Assembly: GCF_052168275.1 (NCBI RefSeq)
Contig: NZ_JBQLZM010000135.1
Coordinates: forward strand, 2,509 to 66,508
Origin: Parasphingopyxis sp.
Lineage (GTDB): Bacteria > Pseudomonadota > Alphaproteobacteria > Sphingomonadales > Sphingomonadaceae
DNA length: 64,000 nt
Direction: 5' to 3'
Positions 38,220 through 47,528 of this stretch are shown one piece after another. Positions within the stretch are counted from its first letter, which is position 1, and the number at the start of each line of letters is the position of its first letter. The notes beneath the pieces are model-generated. The model did not search any database, was not told where the DNA came from, and saw nothing but the letters and a program-made list of their open reading frames with translations. The position numbers were made by a program, and so were the translations under genes.

Positions 38220-39400
38220 CGCACCGCTTTCATGCGCCCGCGCCGCAGCCGTGTGAAGTCCCGCACCGAGGGGCGATGGGCGAAGCGGCCGGCGAGCGTC
38301 TGCGGCCCGGCGGTGATCGCGAAATAGTCGTAATCGGCGGGGCGGGCGGCGGCCATGATGTACTGGAAATGGAGCCGCATCCAGTTGCGCGATTGCTTGT
38401 CGAACTCGGCCTCGGGCATGATCTCGTGGAATTTGGCGTTGAGCAGCTTGGGATTCTTCCGGTCCGCATTGCGATCGCCGATCGCGGTATAGGGGTCGAC
38501 CAGCGCGAAACAGGCGCCGTCGGGCGGCGCGGAAATGTCGAGCCAGTCGACGGCACCGCTTTCGGCGACCGCCGCGATCTCGTCGCGCATCGCCTGCGCG
38601 TCGGGAAGCCAGGCGAGCCACATGATGGTCTGCCCCAGCGTCAGCAGCGACAGGGCCGGCGCGTCTTCGGGCGTGTCGTCGAGCGCGCGCGCGACGACGG
38701 CGATCGCCAGCGCCGCGCCATAGCTGTGGCCGACAACGAGGATCTCGTCGACGCCGCCTTCCTTCAGGCGCGCGCGGAGAAGATCGCCGAAATCGTCGCG
38801 GCGCCGGTCGAGCGAGCGGGTGCGGCTCTGTTCCTCGCGCTCGTGAAAGCTCAGGATGCGCCCGACCCAGGTCAGGTTGAACTTCTGTTCGAGCCGATAG
38901 GCGAGCCAGAGCAGCCCGAAACCGACGGCGAGGCCGCCGATCAGGCCGGGCAGGCCGATCGCGAAATAGCCGGCCGCGCTCAGCCCGATGCCGACGAGGA
39001 TCAGCAGCAGGATCGCGATGGCGGGCATCGTCGCGGTGACGCCGGCGGGCCAGCTCCACCGGAAGGTTCTGGCGAATACGCCCGAGCGCAGCGCCCGCCA
39101 GCTCGCGGTCAGCGTCACCCAGGCCAGCCTCGCCGGCTGCTTGACCCAGAACTGGCGGACGATATCGTCCCATTCGCAATAGAGATATTCGGTTTCGGTG
39201 GTTCCCGCGGCGTCCGAATGGCGGACGTCCCAGCGGACCAGATGGTCGGCGATCCGCGCGCGCTTGCCGACTTCGATGTCGTAGCCGGATACCGCCGCCT
39301 GTTTGGCCGCCTCGGCCCGGTAGAGCTGGTGATAATAGCGCACCCCGCGCGGATCGAACCCGCTCAGATAGAGGACGAGGCGGCGGCGGACCGTGCTCAT
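38216..39400 (-). CDS. Membrane-anchored alpha/beta-hydrolase-fold protein (P450 partner)
   Basis: LYLSGFDPRG N-terminus, two central TM helices, VVGHSYGA nucleophile elbow, candidate Asp (PPDG) and His (LHFQY). Confidence 0.65.
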   Translation of the reverse strand: MSTVRRRLVLYLSGFDPRGVRYYHQLYRAEAAKQAAVSGYDIEVGKRARIADHLVRWDVRHSDAAGTTETEYLYCEWDDIVRQFWVKQPARLAWVTLTASWRALRSGVFARTFRWSWPAGVTATMPAIAILLLILVGIGLSAAGYFAIGLPGLIGGLAVGFGLLWLAYRLEQKFNLTWVGRILSFHEREEQSRTRSLDRRRDDFGDLLRARLKEGGVDEILVVGHSYGAALAIAVVARALDDTPEDAPALSLLTLGQTIMWLAWLPDAQAMRDEIAAVAESGAVDWLDISAPPDGACFALVDPYTAIGDRNADRKNPKLLNAKFHEIMPEAEFDKQSRNWMRLHFQYIMAAARPADYDYFAITAGPQTLAGRFAHRPSVRDFTRLRRGRMKAVR

Positions 39401-40197
39401 CGCCGGAACTGGTTCAGCACTTCATAGGCCATGACCGCCGTCGCCACCGCCGCGTTCAGGCTGTCGGCCTTGCCGCGCATCGGCATTTTGACGAGCAGGT
39501 CGCAGGCGGCCGCATAGTCGGCCGGCAGTCCGGCCGATTCATTGCCGGTCAGGATGAAGGTCGGCGGCACGTAATCGGGCGCCTGATAGTCGAGGTCGGC
39601 ATCGAGGCTGGTGCCGACCAGCATCCCGTCCCCGTCGCGCAGCCAGGCGACGAATTCCGCCCAGCGCGCGGTCGCGACCGCCTGGGTGAACAGCGCGCCC
39701 ATCGACGCGCGCACGGCCTCGACCGAAAAGGGGTCGGCGCAATCGTCGACGAGGATCAGCCCGCCCGCGCCGACCGCGTCGCCGGTCCGCAGCATCGTGC
39801 CGAGATTGCCCGGATCGCGCAGCGCCTGCGCGACCAGCCAGATATCGGAGGTCGAACGGTCGATAGCGGCCAGCCCGGTATCCCATTCGCGATAGATGCC
39901 GACGACCGCCTGGGGATTGTCCTTGCCCGACAGCTTGGAGAGGATCGCGCGCGTCGTCCGGACCGCCTCGCCGCCGGCCCGCTCGGTCGCGGCGACGAGC
40001 GCCTGTGCGCGCGGATGATCGGCGGACTCCCCGGCGAAGAAAATCTGCTCGGGCAGCCGCCCGCTCTCCACCGCTTCGGTCAGGATGCGCAGCCCCTCGG
40101 CGAGGAACAGGCCCTCGGCGCGCCGGTTCTTCTTGTCGCGCAGCGAGCGGGCGCGCTTGATCAGCGGATTGGAAAAGGCCGTAATGTCGCGGGGCAG
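39397..40197 (-). CDS. TrmH/SpoU family RNA 2'-O-methyltransferase (probable CTG start)
   Basis: ITAFSNPLIKRARSL, FLAEG, LRDPGNLGTMLRT, GNESAGL, IPM-like MPMRGKADSLNAAVA SPOUT knot; conserved N-terminus extends 42 codons upstream of the track start. Confidence 0.88.
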   Translation of the reverse strand: MPRDITAFSNPLIKRARSLRDKKNRRAEGLFLAEGLRILTEAVESGRLPEQIFFAGESADHPRAQALVAATERAGGEAVRTTRAILSKLSGKDNPQAVVGIYREWDTGLAAIDRSTSDIWLVAQALRDPGNLGTMLRTGDAVGAGGLILVDDCADPFSVEAVRASMGALFTQAVATARWAEFVAWLRDGDGMLVGTSLDADLDYQAPDYVPPTFILTGNESAGLPADYAAACDLLVKMPMRGKADSLNAAVATAVMAYEVLNQFRR

Positions 40198-40200
40198 GAC

Positions 40201-40473
40201 TCAGTCCTCCCCGAATTTGGACTCGACCAGCGCCGCCAGTTTTTCGACCGCTTCCTCGGCGCCATCGCCTTCGGCGCGGATCGTAATCGTGTCGCCCTTC
40301 GCGGCGCCGAGCATCATCAGATCGAGGATCGAGGATCCGGCAACGCTCTGTCCGTCCCGCGACACCTCGACCTCGGTGTCGAGTTCGCTGACCAGGGTCA
40401 CGAACTTGCTGCTCGCCCGGGCATGGAGCCCGCGCTGATTGGCAATGGTCACCGTGCGCTCGACCGCGCTCAA
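40201..40473 (-). CDS. ptsH: HPr/NPr family phosphocarrier
   Basis: NQRGLHARAS (His15 equivalent), GSSILDLMML (Ser46 region); TTG start overlapping EIIA stop. Confidence 0.93.
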   Translation of the reverse strand: MSAVERTVTIANQRGLHARASSKFVTLVSELDTEVEVSRDGQSVAGSSILDLMMLGAAKGDTITIRAEGDGAEEAVEKLAALVESKFGED

Positions 40474-40874
40474 GCCGCTTGTCCCAATATCTCGGACGCG
40501 ACGGAGATATATTTCTTGCCGGCATCACGGGCCGCGGCGACCGCATCGGTGACGCTCATCGACTGGCGCGCGCTGGCGAGCCGGATCAGCATCGGCAGGT
40601 TCATGCCGGCGATCACTTCCACCTGTTCGGGTCGCATCAGCGAAATGGAGAGGTTGGAGGGGGTGCCGCCGAACAGGTCGGTCAGCACGATCACGCCCTT
40701 GCCGTTGTCGACCTTCTTCACCGCTTCGGCGATCTCGGCGCGGCGTTCCTCCATGTCGTCGTCGGGACCGATGCAGATCGCCTCGATCAGCTCCTGCGCG
40801 CCCACGACATGCTCCATCGCCACCACGAACTCGCACGCAAGATTGCCATGCGTCACCAGAACCAGCCCGATCAT
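40470..40874 (-). CDS. PTS EIIA mannose-type component
   Basis: MIGLVLVTHG, VLTDLFGGTPSN, IAGMNLPMLI. Confidence 0.93.
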   Translation of the reverse strand: MIGLVLVTHGNLACEFVVAMEHVVGAQELIEAICIGPDDDMEERRAEIAEAVKKVDNGKGVIVLTDLFGGTPSNLSISLMRPEQVEVIAGMNLPMLIRLASARQSMSVTDAVAAARDAGKKYISVASEILGQAA

Positions 40875-41819
40875 TCACTCACCTGCATTGCCGTTTTCGC
40901 CCGCGGCCACCCGCTCGACGGAATCGAGCGACGGGAAGGCCAGATCGCGGTGCGCGACCGTGGGGGAAAATCCCGCCTTACGCAACCGTTCGGCGACCCG
41001 TTCGGCCACATGTACCGATCTGTGCCGCCCGCCCGTGCAGCCGAAGGCGAGGGTGACATAGGCTTTTCCCTCCGCCTGGTATCGCGGCAGCAGGAGCAGC
41101 GCGAGATCCTCGATCCGGCCCACGGCTTCCTCATAGGCGACATCCTCGGCGATATAGGCGCCGACCGGCGCATCGAGACCGGTCAGCGGCCGCAGCTCCT
41201 TGTCCCAATGCGGGTTGCGCAGGAACCGCATGTCGAACACCAGATCCGCGTTGCGCAATATGCCGCGGGCGAAACCGAACGATGCGACCGTCACGACGAG
41301 TTCCTCCGCGCTTTTCGAGCTGAAGCGGGCGCGCAGCTCCTTCTGGAGATCGTTGGCAGCGCTGTCGGTGGTGTCGATGACATGCGCCGCCCAGCGCCGG
41401 AGCGGCATCATGATTTCGCGTTCGCGGCCGATGCCGTGGGCGGCCGGGCGATCGAGCGCCATGGGGTGGCGCCGCCGGGTTTCGGAAAAGCGCCGCTCGA
41501 GTTCGCGGCCGCCGCAATCGAGAAACACGGTCTCGATCTCGAGCGCATGGGATTTGTTCAGCGCCTTGATCCGCTGGACGATGGCATTGGCGTTGAAGCC
41601 GCGGGTCCGGCTGTCGATGCCGATCGCGATCGAACGCTCGGCCTTGGCGGGGTCGAGCGGCACGCCGGTCTCGAACAATTTGTCGAACAGGCTCAACGGC
41701 AGATTGTCGACCGTTTCCCAGCCCATGTCCTCGAAGGTACGCAAGGCCGTGGACTTGCCGGCGCCGGACATGCCCGTGACGAGCAATATGCGCCGATTGG
41801 ACGGGTGTGGGTCAGTCAT
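40875..41819 (-). CDS. rapZ: RNase adapter RapZ/YvcJ
   Basis: TGMSGAGKST, VDNLP, RRFSETRRRHP, SFGF..G, DMRFLRNPHW, GCTGGRHRSV. Confidence 0.95.
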   Translation of the reverse strand: MTDPHPSNRRILLVTGMSGAGKSTALRTFEDMGWETVDNLPLSLFDKLFETGVPLDPAKAERSIAIGIDSRTRGFNANAIVQRIKALNKSHALEIETVFLDCGGRELERRFSETRRRHPMALDRPAAHGIGREREIMMPLRRWAAHVIDTTDSAANDLQKELRARFSSKSAEELVVTVASFGFARGILRNADLVFDMRFLRNPHWDKELRPLTGLDAPVGAYIAEDVAYEEAVGRIEDLALLLLPRYQAEGKAYVTLAFGCTGGRHRSVHVAERVAERLRKAGFSPTVAHRDLAFPSLDSVERVAAGENGNAGE

Positions 41820-43369
41820 GCGTCGGCCATCGGCAAAGTGACGGTGAAACGCGCGCCGCTTGCCGAATCGTCGCGGTTTCCAGCCTCGATACTTCCATCA
41901 TGCCCGTCGACAATAGCCTTGGCGATGGCGAGGCCCAAGCCCGAATGCGTGCCGAAATCCTCTTCGGACGGCCGCATGCTGTGGAAACGGCGGAATATCT
42001 GCTCGCGCTGTTCTTCCGGGATGCCCGGCCCCTCGTCCTCGACGGAGATATAGACGCGCTCGCCGTCGCCGGTCGCCGCGATCCGGACCGTGCCGTTCGC
42101 CGGCGAGAAGGACACGGCATTGTCGAGCAGGTTCTCCAGTGCCCGGGCCAGTTGCGACGCATCGCCCATCACGACCGCGCTCCCGGTCCGGGGACGGCCG
42201 AAGGCGATGCGGACCTGACCGTTGAGCCCGCGTTCGTCCCGGAACTGGACGATCGAGCCGATAAGGTCGCCGATATCGACCCGCTCGAAATTCGCGCGGG
42301 AGAGCTCGGCGTCGATCCGCGACGCGGTCGATATCTCGGTGATCAGGCGGTCGAGCCGCCGGACATCGTCCTGCACGACGTCGAGCAGCCGGGCCTGGAG
42401 CTCGGGATCCTCGACCTTGCGCAGCGTGTCGACCGCGGAACTGAGCGAGGCGAGCGGATTTTTGAGCTCGTGCGCGACATCAGCGGCGAAGGCCTCGGTC
42501 GCGTCGATCCGCTGCCGCAACGCCTGGCTCATGTCGGACAGCGTGCGCGCGAGCAGCCCGATCTCGTCGCGCCGCGACGGCAGGCGCGGCAGGACGACCT
42601 CGCGCGCGCGCCCCAGGCGCACCCGCCTCGCGGCCAGCGACAGCCGCCTCAGCGGCCGGACGATGGTCCGCGCGAGAAACAGCGACAGCAGGATCGAAAC
42701 GAGGGCGGCGACGAATATGATGATGCCGAGCCGCAGCCTTTCGTTGCGCACATCGCCGCGGATATCGCGCGCATTGGCGGTCACCAGGGCGATCTGGCCG
42801 GGCTCGCGGGAGAGCGGAATCGCCACCGACACCATCGGCGTGCGGTCCGGCGCCAGCGCGAGCTGCGTCGTCACCGCGCCGGTTTCGGGCACGTCGGCCG
42901 CGAATTCCCAGGCCGAGAGCCGGTCTAGCTCGGGTTCCTCGAAACGGGGCAGGGGGTCGGCGTTGACCACGGTCTCGATTCCCTGATCCATCCACCGCGC
43001 GACGCTGCGGCGCCACGGTTCGGTCGCCGGATCCCGGTTCACATAGGTCGGCTCGGCGACTTCCCAGCTATCGAGGATCGCCGCGCCGTCGGCATTGTAG
43101 ATCCGGATCCGGTGGCCGCTCCGCCGCCCGAGCGCCGCCAGCAGCTCGGCCCGCTCGCCGGGCTCGGCGCGATCGATCACATTGGCGATCAGTTCGGCCT
43201 GGGTCTCGGTCTGGCGCGTGCGCTCGTCGAGCAGCTTGACGCGGTAATTGTCGAGCCAGAAGAAGCTGCCCGCGAGGAGCGCGACCGCGAAGATGTTGAC
43301 GGCCAGGATGCGGCTCGTCAGCGACCATCGCGCCGACCATCTCAGGTCAAGGTCGTCGCCGGTTCCCAC
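41816..43369 (-). CDS. chvG: Sensor histidine kinase ChvG-like
   Basis: Two TM helices, HAMP, ADVAHELKNPL, NLLDNAVSFSP, DEGPG, SGLGLAI; downstream of chvI. Confidence 0.88.
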   Translation of the reverse strand: MGTGDDLDLRWSARWSLTSRILAVNIFAVALLAGSFFWLDNYRVKLLDERTRQTETQAELIANVIDRAEPGERAELLAALGRRSGHRIRIYNADGAAILDSWEVAEPTYVNRDPATEPWRRSVARWMDQGIETVVNADPLPRFEEPELDRLSAWEFAADVPETGAVTTQLALAPDRTPMVSVAIPLSREPGQIALVTANARDIRGDVRNERLRLGIIIFVAALVSILLSLFLARTIVRPLRRLSLAARRVRLGRAREVVLPRLPSRRDEIGLLARTLSDMSQALRQRIDATEAFAADVAHELKNPLASLSSAVDTLRKVEDPELQARLLDVVQDDVRRLDRLITEISTASRIDAELSRANFERVDIGDLIGSIVQFRDERGLNGQVRIAFGRPRTGSAVVMGDASQLARALENLLDNAVSFSPANGTVRIAATGDGERVYISVEDEGPGIPEEQREQIFRRFHSMRPSEEDFGTHSGLGLAIAKAIVDGHDGSIEAGNRDDSASGARFTVTLPMADA

Positions 43370-44083
43370 CTATTCCTCGGCGAAACGATAGCCGACTCCG
43401 TACAGCGTTTCGATCGCGTCGAACTCGTCGTCGACCTGCCGGAACTTGCGGCGGAGCCGCTTGATATGGCTGTCGATCGTGCGATCGTCGACATAGACGT
43501 CGTCGGTATAGGCGGCGTCCATCAGCTGGTCGCGCGATTTGACGATGCCCGGCCGCTGGGCGAGCGATTCGAGGATCATGAATTCGGTGACAGTCAGCGT
43601 CACATTCTGGCCGGCCCAGGTCACCCGGTGACGGGCGGGATCCATTTCCAGCCGGCCGCGGACGATCCGCTCGGGCAGTTCCTCGGTCGCGCTCTCGTCC
43701 CCGCCGCTTTGCGACGAGAGTTCGCTGCGCCGCAATATCGCGCGGATCCGGGCGATCAGCAGCCGCTGCGAAAAGGGTTTGGAGATATAGTCGTCGGCGC
43801 CCATCGCCAGGCCCAGCGCCTCGTCCAGCTCGTCGTCCTTCGAGGTCAGGAAGATCACCGGGATCGCGCTCTTTTCGCGCAACCGGCGGAGCAGTTCCAT
43901 GCCGTCCATCTGCGGCATCTTGATATCGAGCACGGCCAGGTCGGGCGGATTTTCGATCAGCGCCTTGAGCGCCGTCTCGCCGTCGGAATAGATCCGCGTC
44001 GCGAAGCCTTCGGACTGCAGCGCAATCGAAACCGAGGTCAAAATATTCTTGTCGTCGTCGACAAGCGCGATCGTGGCGGTCAT
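43370..44083 (-). CDS. chvI: OmpR-family response regulator ChvI-like
   Basis: [52 protein letters not shown]; divergent from pckA. Confidence 0.92.
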   Translation of the reverse strand: MTATIALVDDDKNILTSVSIALQSEGFATRIYSDGETALKALIENPPDLAVLDIKMPQMDGMELLRRLREKSAIPVIFLTSKDDELDEALGLAMGADDYISKPFSQRLLIARIRAILRRSELSSQSGGDESATEELPERIVRGRLEMDPARHRVTWAGQNVTLTVTEFMILESLAQRPGIVKSRDQLMDAAYTDDVYVDDRTIDSHIKRLRRKFRQVDDEFDAIETLYGVGYRFAEE

Positions 44084-44276
44084 CCGGTTACCATATCCTA
44101 GGAGTTCCGCGCCTGACTAGCGGTCTCGGCACGGCGCGGCAATGGGCGCTTGTCACCGAATAATCGAGTCTCGCGCGTTGATTTTTCCGCCGCTAACTGC
44201 TTAGGCCTGAAGGCAAGTGACGATGGCGCTTTTCAAGGCAGCCGCGTTCTTCCCGGATTTTCTTAGGAGATTTGAA

Positions 44277-45878
44277 TTGTCCGCTCGTACCCCCGCTTTC
44301 GATTTGGCCAAACAGGGAATCGATACCGGTACCGCCGATCTGCGCTGGAACCTGACCACCGCGCCGCTGATCGAGACGTCGGTCGAACGCGGCGAAGGCA
44401 GGCTCGCCAAACATGGTCCGCTGGTCGTCGAAACCGGCAAGCACACCGGCCGCTCGGCCAAGGACAAGTTCATCGTGCGCGACGGCGAGACCGAGGACAC
44501 GGTCTGGTGGGGCAAGGTCAACGTCCCGATGTCGCCCGAGCATTTCGCCGCGCTCAAGGAGGATTTCCTGGCCGAAGTCGCGAAGAAGGACACGCTGTTC
44601 GTCCAGGATCTTTACGGCGGCTCGCAGCCCGACCATCGCGTCCGGGTCCGGGTCATCAACGAGCTCGCCTGGCACAACCTGTTCATCCGCACCCTGTTGT
44701 GCCGGCCGGAAGAGGGCGAGCTGGCGGGTTTCGAACCCGAATATACGATCATCGACCTCCCCAGCTTCCGCGCCGATCCCGAACGCCACGGCACGCGGTC
44801 CGAAACCGTCGTCGCGGTCAATCTCTCGGAAAAGCTGATCCTGATCGGCGGCACCAAATATGCCGGCGAGATGAAGAAGTCGGTGTTCGGCATCCTGAAC
44901 TACAAGCTCCCCGCCGACGGCATCATGCCGATGCACTGTTCGGCGAATATCGGCCCCGAGGGCGATACCGCGATCTTCTTCGGCCTGTCGGGCACCGGCA
45001 AGACCACGCTGTCGGCCGATGCGGGCCGCACGCTGATCGGCGACGACGAGCATGGCTGGTCCGACACCGCGGTCTTCAATTTCGAAGGCGGCTGCTATGC
45101 CAAGATGATCCGGCTGTCCGAAGAGGCCGAGCCCGAAATCTACGCGACGACACGGCGGTTCGGCACGGTGCTCGAGAATGTCGTCATGGATCCGGCGACG
45201 CGGGAGCTGGATTTCGACGATTCGAGCCTCGCCGAGAACAGCCGCGGCGCCTATCCGATCGACTTCATTCCGAACAGTTCGGAGGAAAATCTCGGCCCGG
45301 TGCCCAAAAACGTGATCATGCTGACCGCAGACGCGTTCGGCGTGCTGCCGCCGATCGCGCGGCTGACGCCGGACCAGGCCATGTACCACTTTCTCTCGGG
45401 CTACACGGCCAAGGTCGCCGGCACCGAAATCGGCGTGACCGAACCCGAAGCCACCTTCTCGACCTGTTTCGGCGCGCCGTTCATGCCGCGCCATCCCAGC
45501 GTCTACGGCAATCTTCTCAAGGAGCGGATCGCCATGGGCGGCGTCAAATGCTGGCTCGTCAATACCGGCTGGACCGGCGGCAAGTACGGCGTCGGCAACC
45601 GGATGCCGATCAAGGCGACGCGCGCGCTGCTGAATGCCGCGCTCGACGGCAGCCTCAACGACGCCGAATTCCGCGTCGATCCCAATTTCGGCTTCGACGT
45701 TCCGGTGTCCGTGCCGGGCGTCGACGACGCGATCCTCGATCCGCGCGGTACCTGGGACGATCCCGAGGCCTATGACGAGATGGCCGCCAAGCTGGTCGGG
45801 CTGTTCATCGACAATTTCGCCCAGTTCGAAGAGCATGTCGACCAAGGGGTGCGCGAGGCGGCGCCGACGCCGGCCTGA
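44277..45878 (+). CDS. pckA: PEP carboxykinase (ATP)
   Basis: [51 protein letters not shown]; TTG 44277 after AGGAGA. Confidence 0.96.
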   Translation: MSARTPAFDLAKQGIDTGTADLRWNLTTAPLIETSVERGEGRLAKHGPLVVETGKHTGRSAKDKFIVRDGETEDTVWWGKVNVPMSPEHFAALKEDFLAEVAKKDTLFVQDLYGGSQPDHRVRVRVINELAWHNLFIRTLLCRPEEGELAGFEPEYTIIDLPSFRADPERHGTRSETVVAVNLSEKLILIGGTKYAGEMKKSVFGILNYKLPADGIMPMHCSANIGPEGDTAIFFGLSGTGKTTLSADAGRTLIGDDEHGWSDTAVFNFEGGCYAKMIRLSEEAEPEIYATTRRFGTVLENVVMDPATRELDFDDSSLAENSRGAYPIDFIPNSSEENLGPVPKNVIMLTADAFGVLPPIARLTPDQAMYHFLSGYTAKVAGTEIGVTEPEATFSTCFGAPFMPRHPSVYGNLLKERIAMGGVKCWLVNTGWTGGKYGVGNRMPIKATRALLNAALDGSLNDAEFRVDPNFGFDVPVSVPGVDDAILDPRGTWDDPEAYDEMAAKLVGLFIDNFAQFEEHVDQGVREAAPTPA

Positions 45879-45885
45879 GGCCTGT

Positions 45886-46374
45886 TCAACCGGAGCTAGG
45901 CTCCGACCCGTCGTCGGCGGGCAGCGCGGCGAGCGGCTCGACGGCGAGCCGGTTGCCCTCCGCCCCTACGATCCGCATCCGCGTGCCGACTCCCGCATCG
46001 GGGCCCGACGCCGACCACACGCTGTCGCCGACCTTGACCCTGCCGAGGCCGCTCTCGATCGGTTCGACGACCTCGACCGTCTGTCCGATCATCTGGGCGA
46101 TCCGCGCGTTCAGCAGCGGCGCGCTCGAAAGGATCGGATAGACGTCGAACCAGCGCTTCGCGATATAGACCGACGCGACCGAAGCCAGCGCGAAGATCAG
46201 CAATTGCAGCGGAAACGCCAGCGGCAGGGCAAAGCTCAATAATCCGGTGAAGATCGCCGCGCCGCCGAGAAACATCAGATACGCGCCGGGCGCGATCATC
46301 TCGGATATCAACAGGATTATCCCCAGGATCACCCACAGCATTTCGCCGCTGATCTCGATGCCGCCGATATTCAT
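45886..46374 (-). CDS. NfeD family protein
   Basis: Three N-terminal TM helices plus OB-fold (GRVKVGDSVWSA); partner of SPFH gene. Confidence 0.88.
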   Translation of the reverse strand: MNIGGIEISGEMLWVILGIILLISEMIAPGAYLMFLGGAAIFTGLLSFALPLAFPLQLLIFALASVASVYIAKRWFDVYPILSSAPLLNARIAQMIGQTVEVVEPIESGLGRVKVGDSVWSASGPDAGVGTRMRIVGAEGNRLAVEPLAALPADDGSEPSSG

Positions 46375-46386
46375 CGTTCCGGCCTC

Positions 46387-47355
46387 CTATCCCGATCCGC
46401 CGGCGCGCGGCGGCCGGCCGGGTATGACGGTGCCGCCGTCGTCGCCGCCAAAGGCTTCCTTGGCAAGTTCCCCGATTCCGCCCAGCGTGCCGATGAGCTG
46501 GGTCGCCTCGATCGGGAACAGGATCGTCTTCGCATTGGGCGATTTCGCGAAGGCCTCGACGGTTTTCACATAATCCTGCGCGATGAAATAGTTGATCGCC
46601 TGGGCGTTGCCGCCGGCGATCGCGTCGGACACCATCTGGGTCGCCTTGGCTTCGGCCTCGGCCTCGCGTTCGCGGGCCTCGGCATCGCGGAACGCGGCTT
46701 CGCGCCGGCCCTCGGCCTCGAGGATGTTGGCCTGTTTTTCGCCCTCGGACCGCAGGATTTCCGACGCGCGCGCGCCTTCGGCCTCCAGGATCGTGGCGCG
46801 CTTCTCGCGCTCGGCCTTCATCTGCCGGGCCATCGCGTCGACGATATCGATCGGCGGGCGGATGTCCTTGACCTCGACGCGGGTGATCTTGACGCCCCAG
46901 GGCGTCGTCGCGTCGTCGACGACCGCGAGCAGCCGGGCGTTGATCTCGTCCCGCTTGGACAGGGTTTCGTCGAGATCCATCGATCCCATGACCGTCCTGA
47001 GGTTCGTCGTCACGAGATTGAGAATCGCATTGTAGAGATCCGACACTTCATAGGCGGCCTTGGCGGCGTCGAGCACCTGGAAGAAGACGACCCCGTCGGT
47101 CGAGATCATCGCATTGTCCTTGGTGATGATCTCCTGGCCCGGAATGTCGAGCACCTGCTCCATCATGTTCACCTTGCGGCCGACCCGATAGAAGAAGGGC
47201 ATGAAGAAGTTGAAGCCGGGCTGGGCGACGGTGGTGAAACGGCCGAAATATTCGATTGTGTAGTTATAGCCCTGGCGGACGATCTTGATCCCCATGACCA
47301 CGAAAATGATCGCGAGCAGCGCGAGAAACATCACCACTCCGAAAAAACCTTCCAT
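46387..47355 (-). CDS. SPFH/band 7 (stomatin/QmcA-like) protein
   Basis: QEIITKDNA, TNLRTVMGSMDLDETLSKRD, WGVKITRVEVKDI, QMKAEREKRA; ATG 47355 after GAAGGAG. Confidence 0.92.
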   Translation of the reverse strand: MEGFFGVVMFLALLAIIFVVMGIKIVRQGYNYTIEYFGRFTTVAQPGFNFFMPFFYRVGRKVNMMEQVLDIPGQEIITKDNAMISTDGVVFFQVLDAAKAAYEVSDLYNAILNLVTTNLRTVMGSMDLDETLSKRDEINARLLAVVDDATTPWGVKITRVEVKDIRPPIDIVDAMARQMKAEREKRATILEAEGARASEILRSEGEKQANILEAEGRREAAFRDAEAREREAEAEAKATQMVSDAIAGGNAQAINYFIAQDYVKTVEAFAKSPNAKTILFPIEATQLIGTLGGIGELAKEAFGGDDGGTVIPGRPPRAGGSG

Positions 47356-47528
47356 CACACCGCTCCTTCCGAAAATCCGACCTCTGCGCCGCATATTGGG
47401 CGCAATCGCGGGGGCTGCCAAGGCTTAATCGGGTGTCGGCCCCGTCATTGATAGAGGGAGGAAGCGGTTCGTCGAACCCCAGGCCCCGGCGACTTGCCCG
47501 ACGCCGGGCCGGCTGTCATGGACGGGCC

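Noticed and set aside
44084-44276. ChvI autoregulatory site (ATTGCCGC on minus strand) in the chvI/pckA spacer
   Set aside because: Only one half-site-like match, with GCC spacing that does not fit a direct repeat; too common in GC-rich DNA
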